Assembly (NCBI GenBank): GCA_002269645.1
Contig: NIVC01003517.1
Location: 1-64,000, forward strand
Origin: Macrostomum lignano
Lineage: Eukaryota
DNA: 64,000 bases
Direction of reading: 5' to 3'
The stretch's first letter is position 1, and each line of letters begins with the position of its first letter. The position numbers and the translations under genes were made by a program. This document shows, in pieces, positions 26,001 to 38,447 of the stretch. The notes under the pieces are model-generated. The model searched no databases and had not been told where the DNA came from. It saw only the letters and a program-made list of their open reading frames with translations.

Positions 26001-29000
26001 CTCTTTAGTGAGCTTACTCAGGCATTCGGAGGCAAAGAGAGCTTCACTGTCTAGCAGATTGATTAGCTCGAGCACAGTAAGATGCTGCAGCTCCGGTGAT
26101 GTCTGCTCTGTGTCTGCACCAGACATCTGCAATTTGTAGTATGCGAATTTTGGTCCGTACTCGGAACGGCTGATCCCATCGTAGGGGACTGTTTTGACAA
26201 AGCGACCTGTCAAGTAGCGAAACACCAGCGGCTTCATGCTTGTGTCAGCATTCAAGTAAAGCTGATCCAGAAGGTTCACCAGTGTTGAAGTTACTCGGTC
26301 CATCAGGCGACGCATCTGTTCATGCTTTCCTCGCCGTTGTTGTACCATTAGTCGAATGTTGATCAACACGCGGAGACAAGCAGGTACCATGTCGAACTGT
26401 GACGTCATAAGCAAGTCGTTTAGAAGGCCGTCCCTGCTGGTGAGAACGGCTACATCCGCAATGGTGACACCCGGTTGATCTAGGACTCTCGGGTTCAGAT
26501 CCGGGAACCAGTCCTCGGTAGTGACCGACTTCTGTGATTGAAGCAGACGAGCCCGGATCAGCTGGCAGAAGCTGGCGTCTTGAATTTTATCCAGGTAGCC
26601 CAGTACCATCAGGCTGCGCAGCATGTCGGTGGAGTTCAGCTCAAAAGCACGAGCAAGCAGCATCAACTGGGCCGTGTACCGCTGACCATCCACCTCAATT
26701 TCGCTGCTTCTGCCAGACAGTGCGGAGTCAACCGAGTATGAGTCCAGCAGACTCTGAGCCGCGTCTCGTTCGGGCAGTTGCAGAGCTCGTTTCGCTGGGT
26801 CCACCAACCGTAGAACGTCCGCCAGATAGGTTCCGGAGTTCGAATCCCCCGTCGCAACGACACTCAGCAGAGCTTCAAAACGACCCTTAAACAAAATTTT
26901 AAAACTCAAGTTCAAGTTATTATTCCTTACGCTAGTGCTCTATAAATTTATTTTAGTTTAAGTCGGCTAGTTATACTAGTACCCTTTATTGGTTTGATTT
27001 TTTCGTACATGTGCATAAGTCGACTCTACTAGACTCATCAATAGACTGCCAGAACTTCAGGACCTTCAAAAACGATAAAAACAAGGCTTTCTCGTATAAA
27101 GTTTGGGTTTCAATTTTTAAGGTTTTAAAGTTTACGCGTCTGACTCTTGCGCCACGATCCCTTATTCGATTCCGGCCAAATTCTTTAGAGACCTGCGCAC
27201 GAAAATTGGCCGAGGGGGGTGCCGTGTGATTTACAAGTATGAGGGGCCAATCCCCAAAGCACAGAGAGTGTATACAGAGAGAGAGAGAAAGTCAGGGCCA
27301 CTGTACACCCTGTGTGAGCGAGTGTATTGAGTGCGTGTCTGCATAAAGTATCTGCGCCCTTGTGAGACGATTCCGCCGAAAGCATGGAACAAGGATGCCC
27401 CACAACCATTCTTCTAACATTATTGGTCATTTTAATGCGTCCAACTCGTGCCGAAATTCTCCCGGTTCGAAAACCGGGGGCCCACCGCCCAGGTCACGGT
27501 GTTGGCAGGCCATTGTACGTATCCGTGTGTTTGTGTGACTTCAGAGCTCAGAGTAACAATGATCTGGGTTGCCAGCTCTCAACGGATTTTTATGACAGGT
27601 GTTTACAGCCTCACCTTATTGTAGGCCAGGTCCACGCAGGTCTGGCCAGCCTCGGTTTCGTCACCGAGCTGCAGCCCAGCGCCAGTCAGGTAGCGAATGT
27701 TGGCCGAGTGCCCAGCCTCGCAGGCCAGGTGCAGGCAGGTGGCGCCCTTCAGCGACCCGCTGGTCGGCATCCTGGCGGACATCTCCATTTTTTCTCCCGC
27801 TATCTTCAGCAGGGAATCCTGCAGCTTGGCCAGGTCGTATTTCGATGCGAACAGGTGAATGGCGTGCAAACCCTCGGAGTTTATCAGCAACGGTCTGTAC
27901 TTCTCAGGCTGGCCGGCCATTTTCTGAAGAATGCCGAGCAGCATTGAGTCGCTGATTTCAGAGGCCATCAGACAGTTGCGCTTGTCGAAATTCTCGGCAG
28001 TCAACGATATGCCGCCCTCCGTTTGAAAGCGTTCAAATTCAACAAAGAAGTTTTCGACGTCAAAGTCTCGCGACCAGAATTCCTGGCGCACTTTGAGCAG
28101 AGCGTGCAGCAGAGTGTTGCCTTTCTGATCCATGCAAGCCTGCCGTTTTGGCTTTATAAAGTCGGCAGACAAGAAGTCGAAGTTCTTCAGCAGGCAGGCT
28201 ATGAATACCGGGTTGCGACCCTGGCGAGATAAGGCGAAATCAAAATAGGCTACTGCAAGTAGTACTGAATGAAAATTACGCTTGTAGTTGTAATTTTTGC
28301 TACCAGAGTGGCTAAATCTAGTCTTATTGTAAATAAAATATTTTTTCGCTGCACGAAAATGTGCGCGATTGTTCAGACCCATTGCATCCACTGCACTAGC
28401 TCGCCGCTACGTTTTCCGAAAATCAAAACCTCAATAGTTCCACCTGAGGAATCCGGCAAGGTCTGACAGTAGATACGAGCTACAACGGGACTTATATTTT
28501 CTTGATGAAAGGTTCAAAATACATGTAAGAATATTTATAAGTCAGTAGAGTTGACGAGAAGATGCTACGAGCGTACTTGCATTAGTCAGCTTCTTTGCTT
28601 GTGGTTTGAGTCTCCGTTAGTAAATTCCCTAGTTTTTAGCAGTTTCTATAATCATTAACTCGGTCCCCAGGATTTGTTTAGATGCAGATATTGCAGGATT
28701 TCCGCCATAGTAGCCTCATTGGGAGCCCACAAGGGTTTTTTTCAGACATTTCGTTTACCTTCTGGTCTCCTAAACAAATAGTAGGTAAGAACAGATGTCT
28801 ATGTAAGCTAAAAATTAAGATCAGAGCCTCACCTCATGATCAATGGATCCCTCTATAGCCGCTGACGGAGTGTGAAACCCGAGCGCAACAGCAGCAGCTC
28901 GGAAGTACATCTCTCCGTAGTACCGGTTCGCGGCGCAGTAGTGCAGACAGTTCCGACCTTCGTCGTCTGCCGAGCTCAGCGTCACGCGCAAACTGCTCGC

Positions 29001-30683
29001 CTCCTCGCTTAGCAACCAGAGAAAGGCGCTCTCCTGACCCTCTGGCAGACGTGTCTCGTTGGCAGCCGCGCAGTGAACGGCGGTGCGACCTTCGGCATCG
29101 CGCCAAGTGAAGCACTCGTCGCCAAGACGGTTTCGGATGGACCGAAGGCAATCCGCACCCTGTTATTCATAATGATAATAATAACTGATTGCATCTGCCT
29201 CAATTGAGCCGGATGTGCAACCGACAGCTCAGCCGCAGCTATTGCGCGACGCATTTGAAGGCTGCGTACGGCTGTTCAGTCCAAGGACTGGGGGGTCGCC
29301 ACACACACCCTCAATTGCCCCAGCTAATGCTGGCACCCATTTTACAGCTGGGTGAACTGAAGCAATGCAGAGTTATGTGTCTTGCTCAAGAACACAAATT
29401 GTTTCGAGTGCGATTGGGAATCGAACCCCCGACCTTTCAGTTGTTAGTCCGATGCTCTAACCACTAGGCGGATACCTCCTCAGTTGTTCAACAAGTTCGC
29501 AGCAAAGATTCATTTGAATAAAACTGTATCAGGAATGCTTTTGCCTGCCTGTCGCCATCAGTCAGCCTGCCGCCTTATACTACAAAAAAGGTGCTTCTAA
29601 GGTGACCTGTTGAATACGTAGATATAGAAAGAGTTCTACGATTGATAAAGTTTAATTTATTGTATATTTGACTCCGCATCACTGATTGCTCATAGAAAAG
29701 CGGTTTTTTGGCAATAAAGCAATAAAATACTGCTATCGAGTAAGTAACACCTGTTATGAAATAAAGCGGAAATTCACCTGAAACCAAGCCGCCAGATGAA
29801 TTGGGGAATTTTTCTTCTCGTCCCTCTCTTTGAGACAGTCAGGAGTCAGCTGCTTGACGAACCAGTCCAGCGCGTCAGGAGAGTTTCGATTTTTGGCCGC
29901 GTACATCACGGCAGTCCGGCCGAGGAAGCCCTTTCGCAGGAAGCCGTCCAGTTTGCCCAGTTGCTTCTTCGCCATCTCCAGTAGCTGCACGCTTCGCTTC
30001 TCGGCGCACGCGTGCAAAGCGTTCGTGTTGCTGATGTTGCCCAAGATGAAGATCTCCTTTGGCAGGTTGTTCAGCATCCATTTGAATGTCGTCTCGTTTG
30101 GATTGTGCGCTGCGTAATACGCCACGGATCGTTTCGAGTCGTCTAGAGCTTTGAAGCAGTCTTCTCCACAGAGTCTCTTCATCAACTGCATCGCGCTGCT
30201 GTCCAGCTTCCAGGCGGCGAGATGAACCGGTGTAGCACCCGATCGAGTCCTGCTAGTCATGTACTCAACTCCGAATGAATCCGCCAGTATTTCGAATGTC
30301 TTGCACACAACAGCTGGGTCCTTTGTGCTATCGACTGCCGCCATGTGAGCAAGATTCCAGCCCTGCTCAGGGTCAGTCTCATCAGCTAAAGTGCGTTCTC
30401 CTTGTCCTTTTCCTTTTCGTACTTTGCTGTGATTCTTTACTGAAACGCCTGTTCTGGGCGGCAGCAGGCGTTCCAGTGCGATGTTGTCCCCATCGGCAAT
30501 GCATTGAACTGCCCGATTGAAAAGTTCTTTCAGATCTGCGTCTTCTGGCTTTGGCGAAATCTGAACTGACGCCGAACCGCTCGCGCCTCGACGCAGTGAT
30601 TCCGAGTCCACGAGGGTGCCCCCGTAAGGATTCGTGGCAACAAATGACGCCGTGGTTTCTGCTTTAATTGTGGTTCCGGTCAT
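23012..30683 (-). CDS. Ankyrin-repeat TRP channel with TRPM-type S1-S6/TRP module, about 1416 aa
   Basis: Exons 30683-29778, 29159-28833, 28220-27615, 26885-25186, 24998-24680, 23404-23012; phases 0,0,0,2,0 match. About 14 ankyrin-like motifs; IGPKVSML, FLLILAVMIFSFGVFFLVLLYP, NIVMWNLLIALFS, IWRKTSYD...VLPLPLSLL; C-terminal coiled coil. Confidence 0.8.
23520..23800. repeat. 21 bp minisatellite (CACTCACCAACAGACAGTGG-type) in the last TRP intron
   Basis: Visible tandem units; related array at 24383-24505. Confidence 0.9.
24383..24505. repeat. 22 bp minisatellite (CAGACAGTGGCACTCTCACTTT) related to 23520-23800
   Basis: Visible tandem units. Confidence 0.88.
27135..27360 (+). mobile_element. 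Diverged SINE-like repeat (family 2)
   Basis: B-box-like TTCGATTCC followed by blocks (GCACGAAAATTGGCC, ATGAGGGGCCAATCCCCAAAGCACAG, TCAGGGCCACTGTACACCCTGT) shared with 40240-40445. Confidence 0.55.
29210..29478 (-). mobile_element. tRNA-derived CORE-like SINE (family 1), second copy
   Basis: Reverse-complement homologue of 9439-9690, inside TRP intron 1. Confidence 0.8.
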
Positions 30684-31869
30684 GAAAAATATTTATTTTT
30701 TTAAACATTGATAAACATTAAAAACGTTTTGACTTTTAAATGTGTATAAACGGTTACTCTGTTAGCGCTTTATGCTTATACGCTCGTCTTTTGCTTTAAA
30801 AAATTATAGATAAATTTTCTGGACGTACAGTATTTACAGAATTGAAGAACTATCATTAATATATTTCACTAAGTGATGAAGATTTGTTGTGATGTTTCGC
30901 TATGAGAAGTATAATTTAATATTCGTAGTAGAGCTTCGCTCTATTATCAAGTAACTTGGTCATTTAATTATTTTTTGAAGTATTGATAAAAGTAATTCTA
31001 CATGCTATTAATAATCAGCTTAAAATTAAAAGGAAAAAGATGGAATCGATATTAAACGGCCAAAAAACATAAAAATATTAAGACGCGGTTTTAATTCTTA
31101 GAATTAATGCAAAAGAAATAATATTAAAATATAAAATTTAACTATATACAAATTTAATGCACCAATTGAAATTTGAACTATATCTATCATAAAATTTTAC
31201 TGAACAGAAAACAGAAAATAAACGAAGAAGATTTTTCTCTGACAAGAAGAGGACTATTTAAAATATTGTTTTTAAGTTTCTATTAAATTTTTCTTTACTT
31301 TTTTGTCAGTCAAAAATCTGTTTATGTAATCATTTATTATAACTCGTATGCGAATCCTGATTAGTAAAAATGATTGTGTTACTGTATATAAAGTTTTTAA
31401 CATTTTAGATTCTAGTCACTTTCCTGCATACTGATATAAATAGCACTTTTGCGTCATCATTAGCATGTGCAGATCGTTGATATATTATAGTCTAGACGAT
31501 TATATAAGTATACCGAAAATCATCAACTAGGCTCCAAGTTAAATTCTGATATTTACATTAGCTGCAAAAAGCATCCTTTTATTGACAAATGGATGCATTT
31601 TTTTGTTTTAAAAGTTATATTAGAATAGGGGCAACTTTAAAACATTAACGATGTTTAAAAAAAGAATAATCAGCAACCAATTTTTGTTTTTTTTCGTGCT
31701 ATTAAGAAATAAGTTACGCAGTGAAAAATTTTACAATTTGCTGTTGAAATTTCCGTATTCAAAAACAGTTTTTTACAATGGCTTGCATGGATTTCAAATG
31801 ATAAAAATTTTAAATGCAATACTGCTGGATCTAGGAGGCGAAAGGCATGGGTCGGAGTCTACAAGGACT

Positions 31870-32660
31870 ACATGTATATAGTCTGCACTAAATTGTATGT
31901 AATTCTCGGACCTACGCAAAACTGCGTTCAGGTCTCCAAGGACGACCACTGTGTCACGCTGCGCCGTCTCCTCCACCTGCATCAAGTATGCGCAGAACCG
32001 AGCATTCCGGCCGCGAAGCCGGACGTCGACCCGAAGCAGCCGGTCAGACAGGAAGATGCAGCGACAGCACTGCTGCAGCTTCGGTCCAGTCAGCGCTCCA
32101 ACTCCTCCACGGCCTCGTTGGACCGCCGACGTGTACCAGAGGGTCCAATCGGCGCCAAGGTCCTCTCAATGAATTCCCGGGTCGGCCCTGAAGGTACTGT
32201 GCGCACCCCTTCCAGCAAGATGATATATCAAGGACCACTAGAAGTTAAAATGGTACTTTGATGACATCATCGCATCTAATGTCGAGCGCAACAAGCTGCG
32301 CTAGCGCGGTCCTCTCTGCCAGGCGGCAGTTCAGCGTCCCGACTTAAAGCGTGCCCTTAAGTGGTACGGCTGGGGCTCGATGACCGTGAGCCTCTCGGTC
32401 TCCGGTGTCAATCGGAAGATCCGATTGGCCAAGAGGATGGCAGCAGCTCGACGGGCGGAACCACGTTGCCGACGTCGCCGGTTTTGCTCACCCCGACGTT
32501 CAACACGCCAGCGCTCGCTTCGCTGCCCTCCCTTGGTTTTGTCGCTGTTCATGGCAGCAGTTAAGCGCGGCTCTCCGACATGACTACACCACGGGGAGGT
32601 CGCAGCATATCCGCTCGTATTTGCATCGAGATGCAAATATAAGTCGTGCAAATATACATG
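31870..32660 (-). mobile_element. 5' fragment of an RTE-like non-LTR retrotransposon (putative 5' UTR plus degenerate endonuclease)
   Basis: Minus-strand reads VGTLNCR, WTLWYTSAVQRGRGGVGAL, LSDRLLRV, DTVVVLGDLNA, with stops, an internal deletion and 3' truncation. Confidence 0.75.
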
Positions 32661-33248
32661 TAATAACAAACGTTAAACTAAAAAAAATAATATCTATCGA
32701 TTGTAATTAAACGCATGGCGAATGCACAAGTACATGCTGCAGTACATAATTATTTTTAGTGAAATAACAGCAAATATGCAACTTGTAAAATCCATACATG
32801 TATGCATCTGCGTCAGCTGACCAAGTCCAAGATATGCCAGCCATTGCCAAATGGTATCCAAAATACATGTACACGGCGCAAATGCATGTTTTTTAATAAA
32901 TCTTGACGAAATTAAATAAGAGGCCTGTCGTCCGCTTGAAATTAATCAAGATTCGCATCGCGCATCTGGGTGCATATGTGACACACCTGCTTGTAACAAT
33001 CCTTTTACATATGTTAGTTTGTCGGTGCATTTCAGGGTCATTTTCATACCCGCCTGCATGATATGTATACCATAGGTGTATTTATACAATTTTGCGGCTG
33101 AATGCATTGGCTACGAGTGCTTGTTTATAACATTTAACGAAATCTTTAATTGTTAGCAGCTTTGCAGTCATTCGCAGATTAGCACCAGTAACTAATTTGT
33201 ACAAAACCAACTGACAGCATTTAAGCTGCATGTCAGAATCTCTCCCAG

Positions 33249-35028
33249 ATGTCCGAGCGTCGAGCGATAAAGTGCGTTGCAGTCGGCGACGGAGCCGTGG
33301 GAAAAACCAGCCTGCTGATCTCCTACAGCACCGGCCAGTTCCCCAGCGATTACGTGCCCACCGTGTTCGAGTCGTACGCCGTTGACGTTGACATCGGCGG
33401 CCGGACCTGGACGCTGGGCCTGTTTGACACGGCTGGGCAGGAGGGCTTCGATCACGTAGGTTTCTAGGATTGCTAATTCTGGTGCTGTGCTGGCGCCTGT
33501 GGTGCTGGCGCCTCTGGTGCTGGCGCCTCTGGTGCTGGCGCCTCTGGTGCTGGCGCCTCTGGTGCTGGCGCCTCTGGTGCTGGCGCCTCTGGTGCTGGCG
33601 CCTCTGGTGCTGGCGCCTCTGGTGCTGGCGCCTCTGGTGCTGGCGCCTCTGGTGCTGGCGCCTCTGGTGCTGGCGCCTCTGGTGCTGGCGCCTCTGGTGC
33701 TGGCGCCTCTGGTGCTGGCGCCTCTGGTGCTGGCGCCTCTGGTGCTGGCGCCTCTGGTGCTGGCGCCTCTGGTGCTGGCGCCTCTGGTGCTGGCGCCTCT
33801 GGTGCTGGCGCCTCTGGTGCTGGCGCCTCTGGTGCTGGCGCCTCTGGTGCTGGCGCCTCTGGTGCTGGCGCCCCTGGTGCTGGCGCCTCTGGTGCTGGCG
33901 CCTCTGGTGCTGGCGCCTCTGGTGCTGGCGCCTCTGGTGCTGGCGCCTCTGGTGCTGGCGCCTCTGGTGCTGGCGCCTCTGGTGCTGGCGCCTCTGGTAG
34001 TTTCTCTCGTCTCTTTGTTTTTGTTAGCTACCTGTACATGCACCCGCCACTGCAGAAACTGTCACCAGTCACGTGACTTTAACACAATTAGCTTTCTTTA
34101 CATGTAGCACTGAGTTCGTAAATGGTCGAATGTGTAAGCCTAGCAAACTGCTGATAACCCCCCCCCTCTAGGTGCGCACTCTCTCCTACCACAAAACGGA
34201 CGTCTTCCTGGTTTGCTTCTCACTCGTCAATGACGCTTCGTATCACAACGTTCGCGAGCTCTGGGTGCGCGACATCCGACGCAATTCGCCACGCTGTCCC
34301 ATCGTGCTGGTTGGCACGCAGCTGGATCTTCGCTCGGCCTCAGACCGGCCGGTGGTCACCCACGAGATGGGACGCCGGCTTGGCTGTCGGATTAAGGCTG
34401 CCAAATATGTGGAGTGCTCCGCAATGACTGGGGTGAGTTGCGCTTCTGGTCTACGACGCTTGCTAGCCTGTTACTAGCTAGCCTGGCATTAGCTAGCCTG
34501 GCATTAGCTAGCCTGGCATTAGCTAGCCTGGCATTAGCTGGCCTGGCATTAGCTAGCCTGGCATTAGCTAGCCTGGCATTAGCTAGCCTGGCATTAGCTA
34601 GCCTGGCATTAGCTAGCCTGGCATTAGCTAGCCTGGCATTAGCTAGCCTGGCATTAGCTAGCCTGGCATTAGCTAGCCTGGCATTAGCTAGCCTGGCATT
34701 AGCTAGCCTGGCATTAGCTAGCCTGGCATTAGCTAGCCTGGCATTAGCTAGCCTGGCATTAGCTAGCCTGTCATTAGTGCCTTGTGTGCACTGTGATTGA
34801 TTGCTTTGAATACACTTAGGCTAAGTGCTTTGCATGCCAGCGCTACCCACATGAAATTCCGTATAAGCTGCTATAGATTGCTTTATTAACAATGAAAATG
34901 CTTCTGCTCACCCGCTATGATCATACAAACCACCGCAGGAGAACGTGAACACGGTGTTTCAAGAGGTGATCCTGGCTGCCACTCAACACAACCGAAGCAA
35001 GTTGAACAGCGCGTGCGACCTGCTCTGA
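33249..35028 (+). CDS. Rho-family small GTPase, Cdc42-like, 185 aa
   Basis: Exons 33249-33455, 34172-34432, 34939-35028 (all phase 0); [31 protein letters not shown]-terminal CAAX CDLL. Confidence 0.93.
33480..33997. repeat. 15 bp minisatellite (GGTGCTGGCGCCTCT)n in Rho intron 1
   Basis: About 34 almost perfect units. Confidence 0.98.
34474..34775. repeat. 15 bp minisatellite (ATTAGCTAGCCTGGC)n in Rho intron 2
   Basis: About 20 almost perfect units. Confidence 0.98.
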
Positions 35029-36276
35029 CTGATTTTTTTGAAGTGTCGAAATGTTTAGAAACAAAAATTTTTGTCAATCGGTTAAGCCACATAAGTACTG
35101 CTTAAGTTTCTAAGGATTAAATTACATGTAGGTAGCCATAGTAACTAACATGCCCTGCTTACAGGTTCGACTAAAAGTGACCTTTTCAGTTTGTACAGCG
35201 AGGCTCCAATGACTCATCGAAATTTTACCTGCAATATAGCTTTTTGCAGTCAGTTTGAGCTTAAGATTAAGTCTTTACTCACCAGTAGCTTTTGGGCCAT
35301 AGACTAAGGGCAGCAGTTGTATTGAATGGAGCGTTCTGGCACTCTGGATTAAGTCAAACTGACTGCGTTGTAAAGTGTTTTTAATTTAAATAAACAGCAC
35401 ACACTTATCTCTTCTGTTTCAAAAAAGGTTTCTATTGGCTTAAGCTGGTTTGAGATGGTTGGCTCAACTACCTTTTTTCTATCGATATTAAATAAGATGG
35501 AAAGCATTTATTTAACAGTATGACTGGTAGTCTAGAAAAATTGACAAGTCAAGTCATATTTGCAGACGAAAAAGAGGTGAGGAAACGATAACACATAGGC
35601 AAACCTTTTTATTGATAAGTCGCGTACGTATGACAGGGCAGGTGCAAATTAAACATTGAATCAATTAAATTTGGGATTAAAAGCATGCACAAATGTGCAA
35701 GTACAAAGCTGAATATGAAAGGGCATAGAAAGAGCGCACGAAGTAAAAGAGAGAGAGATAAGTGCAGCATGCAATGGCTGAGCATAAGCTACAAACACTA
35801 ACCATGCTCCCCTCAGAAGAAAGACTTTGTTTAATCTTTGTAACAAATTGGCTTGCGTGGCCACAAAACATATGAGCTATGACACTCAGCACAGTTATCA
35901 CCTGGACTCGGCTCAGAGCTGCAGCCAGCACCACCCGGTCCGCTCTTCAAGCTTTTGCAGAAACTGATCGAATGGCACTACTTTCGTCCACGTCTTCAAA
36001 CCGCTTTTCAGACTTCTGACTAACCGCTCAGCCTGTCCGTTCGATGCTCCGCTCAAGGTTTGTGTCTCTTCTCAGCTCTCTCTACCCTCTTCTCTCTTTT
36101 CTCTCCTCTCCTCTCCTCTCCTCTCCCCTCTCCACTCCTCTTATCTTCTCTCTACTCTTCTCTCTCCTCTATTCATTTTCCTTTCTCAGCTGGCCCGCAG
36201 TAATGATCTAGATTCTTTCTGTGGCTCTTGCTGTAAACAGTTTGCTGACTTAGAGAGTCCAGTAGAGTCCGGTGGC

Positions 36277-36861
36277 GCCAAATGAGAGACATGACGCACC
36301 AAATGAGAGTCATGAGACACCAAATGAGAGTCATGAGACACCAAATGAGAGTCATGAGACACCAAATGAGAGTCATGAGACACCAAATGAGAGTCATGAG
36401 ACACCAAATGAGAGTCATGAGACACCAAATGAGAGTCATGAGACACCAAATGAGAGTCATGAGACACCAAATGAGAGTCGTCATGGGACACCAAATGAGA
36501 GTCATGGGACACCAAATGAGAGTCATGAGACACCAAATGAGAGTCATGAGACACCAAATGAGAGTCGTCATGGGACACCAAATGAGAGTCATGGGACACC
36601 AAATGAGAGTCATGAGACACCAAATGATCGAGAGTCATGAGACACCAAATGAGAGTCATGAGACACCAAATGATCGAGAGTCATGAGACACCAAATGAGA
36701 GTCATGAGACACCAACTGAGAGTCATGAGGCACCTAATGAGAGTCATGAGACACCAACTGAGAGTCATGAGGCACCAAATGAGAGTCATGAGAAACCTAA
36801 TGAGAGTCATGAGACACCAAATGAGAGTCATGAGACACCAAATGAGAGTCATGAGACACCA
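36277..36861. repeat. 21 bp minisatellite (GAGACACCAAATGAGAGTCAT)n
   Basis: Visible tandem units with occasional 24-bp variants. Confidence 0.97.
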
Positions 36862-37539
36862 AAGGAGAAAATCACAGCAAGTGAATTCCAATCGATGTCA
36901 ACCAATTAAGGTAACAATTTTGGCTCAGCATTAGCCCCGCAAAAATCCCATTTTCAATCCGGGAATTGATGGGAAATCCACGGCGCTGATTATTCCCAAA
37001 GGGCTGGCAAGTGTTTTCCCCACCTCTCAGGCGAATAATAATTTATCCCCCAGGTCCGCTGAGTTGGGAAAGATTTCCCACCGGCTGGGTGGATGCCGCA
37101 AAGTGTCGAAGTTATAAAGTGTTCTGCTGCCTCTGATTTATTGCTCAAATAAAAACGCTTGATAGGGAGAGCATTTTTGCTTTCTTTGGCTCTCAGGGAA
37201 GTTTTTCTGGAGCAATTTATTGGGAAATATAAAGCATCGCACATTGGGTGGAAAATGACTCAGCCAATGATGCAGCCATAGGCCTTGGAGCAGATGCCTT
37301 GAGCATTGATAAATTTCATATCTAAGCATAGTTTAATAATTTAGTTCTGGTTTCAAACCTTAAAAGACTCTTTGTTCAACAAAGGCAATTTTTTATCAAG
37401 CTGAAATGCAGCAGGTTTTCGATGAGAAAAAATCAGCGTCTGGTCGAAGTTCGCGCGGTTTTGGATTTCTCAGCCAGCCACGAAAATCGAAAAGTTTCAC
37501 GTCCGGCTTCAATGGCCGCGGCGGGGTGAGTGTTGGAGG

Positions 37540-38180
37540 CGCTTGTGTGTGTGTTGGGGGCGCCGTGTGTGTGTTGGGGGCGCCGTGTGTGTGTGTTGGG
37601 GGCGACGTCTGTGTGTGTTGGGGGCGCCGTGTGTGTGTTGGGGGCGACGTCTGTGTGTGTTGGGGGCGCCGTGTGTGTGTTGGGGGCGCCGTGTGTGTGT
37701 TGGGGGCGCCGTGTGTGTGTTGGGGGCGCCGTGTGTGTGTTGGGGGCGCCGTGTGTGTGTTGGGGGCGCCGTGTGTGTGTTGGGGGCGCCGTGTGTGTGT
37801 TGGGGGCGCCGTGTGTGTGTTGGGGGCGCCGTGTGTGTGTTGGGGCGCCGTGTGTGTGTTGGGGGCGCCGTGTGTGTGTTGGGGGCGACATCTGTGTGTG
37901 TGTGTTGGGGGCGACGTCTGTGTGTGTGTTGGGGGCGACATCTGTGTGTGTGTGTTGGGGGCGCCGTGTGTGTGTTTTGGGGGCGCCGTGTTTGTGTTGG
38001 GGGCGCCGTGTGTGTGTTGTGGGCGCCGTGTGTGTGTTGGGGGCGCCGTATGTGTGTTAGTGGCGCCGTAAGTGTTAATGGCGCCGTCTGTTTGTTGGGG
38101 GCGCCGTGTGTGTGTTGGGGGCGCTGTATGTGTGTTAGTGGCGCCGTAAGTGTTAATGGCGCCGTCTGTGTGTTGGGGGC
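37540..38180. repeat. 20-24 bp GT-rich minisatellite (GGGGCGCCGTGTGTGTGTTG)n
   Basis: Visible tandem units. Confidence 0.96.
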
Positions 38181-38189
38181 GGTTTTGGT

Positions 38190-38447
38190 GTTGGGCGCCA
38201 TTTAGAGTGTTGGGGCGCCATTTAGAGTGTTGGGGGGGCGGTTTTGGTGTTGGGCGCCATTTAGAGTGTTGGGGCGCCATTTAAAGTCCCTGGGGCGCCA
38301 TTTAGAGTATTGGGGCGCCATTTAGAGTGTTGGGGTGCCATTTAGAGTGCTGGGCGCCATTTAAAGTGCTGGGCGCCATTTAGAGAGTTGGGGCGCCATT
38401 TAGAGTATTGGGGCGCCATTTAAAGTATTTGGGGTGCCATTTAGAGA
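38190..38447. repeat. 20 bp minisatellite (GGGGCGCCATTTAGAGTGTT)n
   Basis: Visible tandem units directly following the GT-rich array. Confidence 0.93.

Noticed and set aside
33192-34107. RGAST, VLAPL and WCWRL repeat proteins
   Set aside because: Translations of the 15-bp intronic array inside the Rho gene.
36173-38280. ETPNESH and His/Thr/Pro-rich repeat ORFs
   Set aside because: Minisatellites open in most frames; no splice-supported link to a gene.
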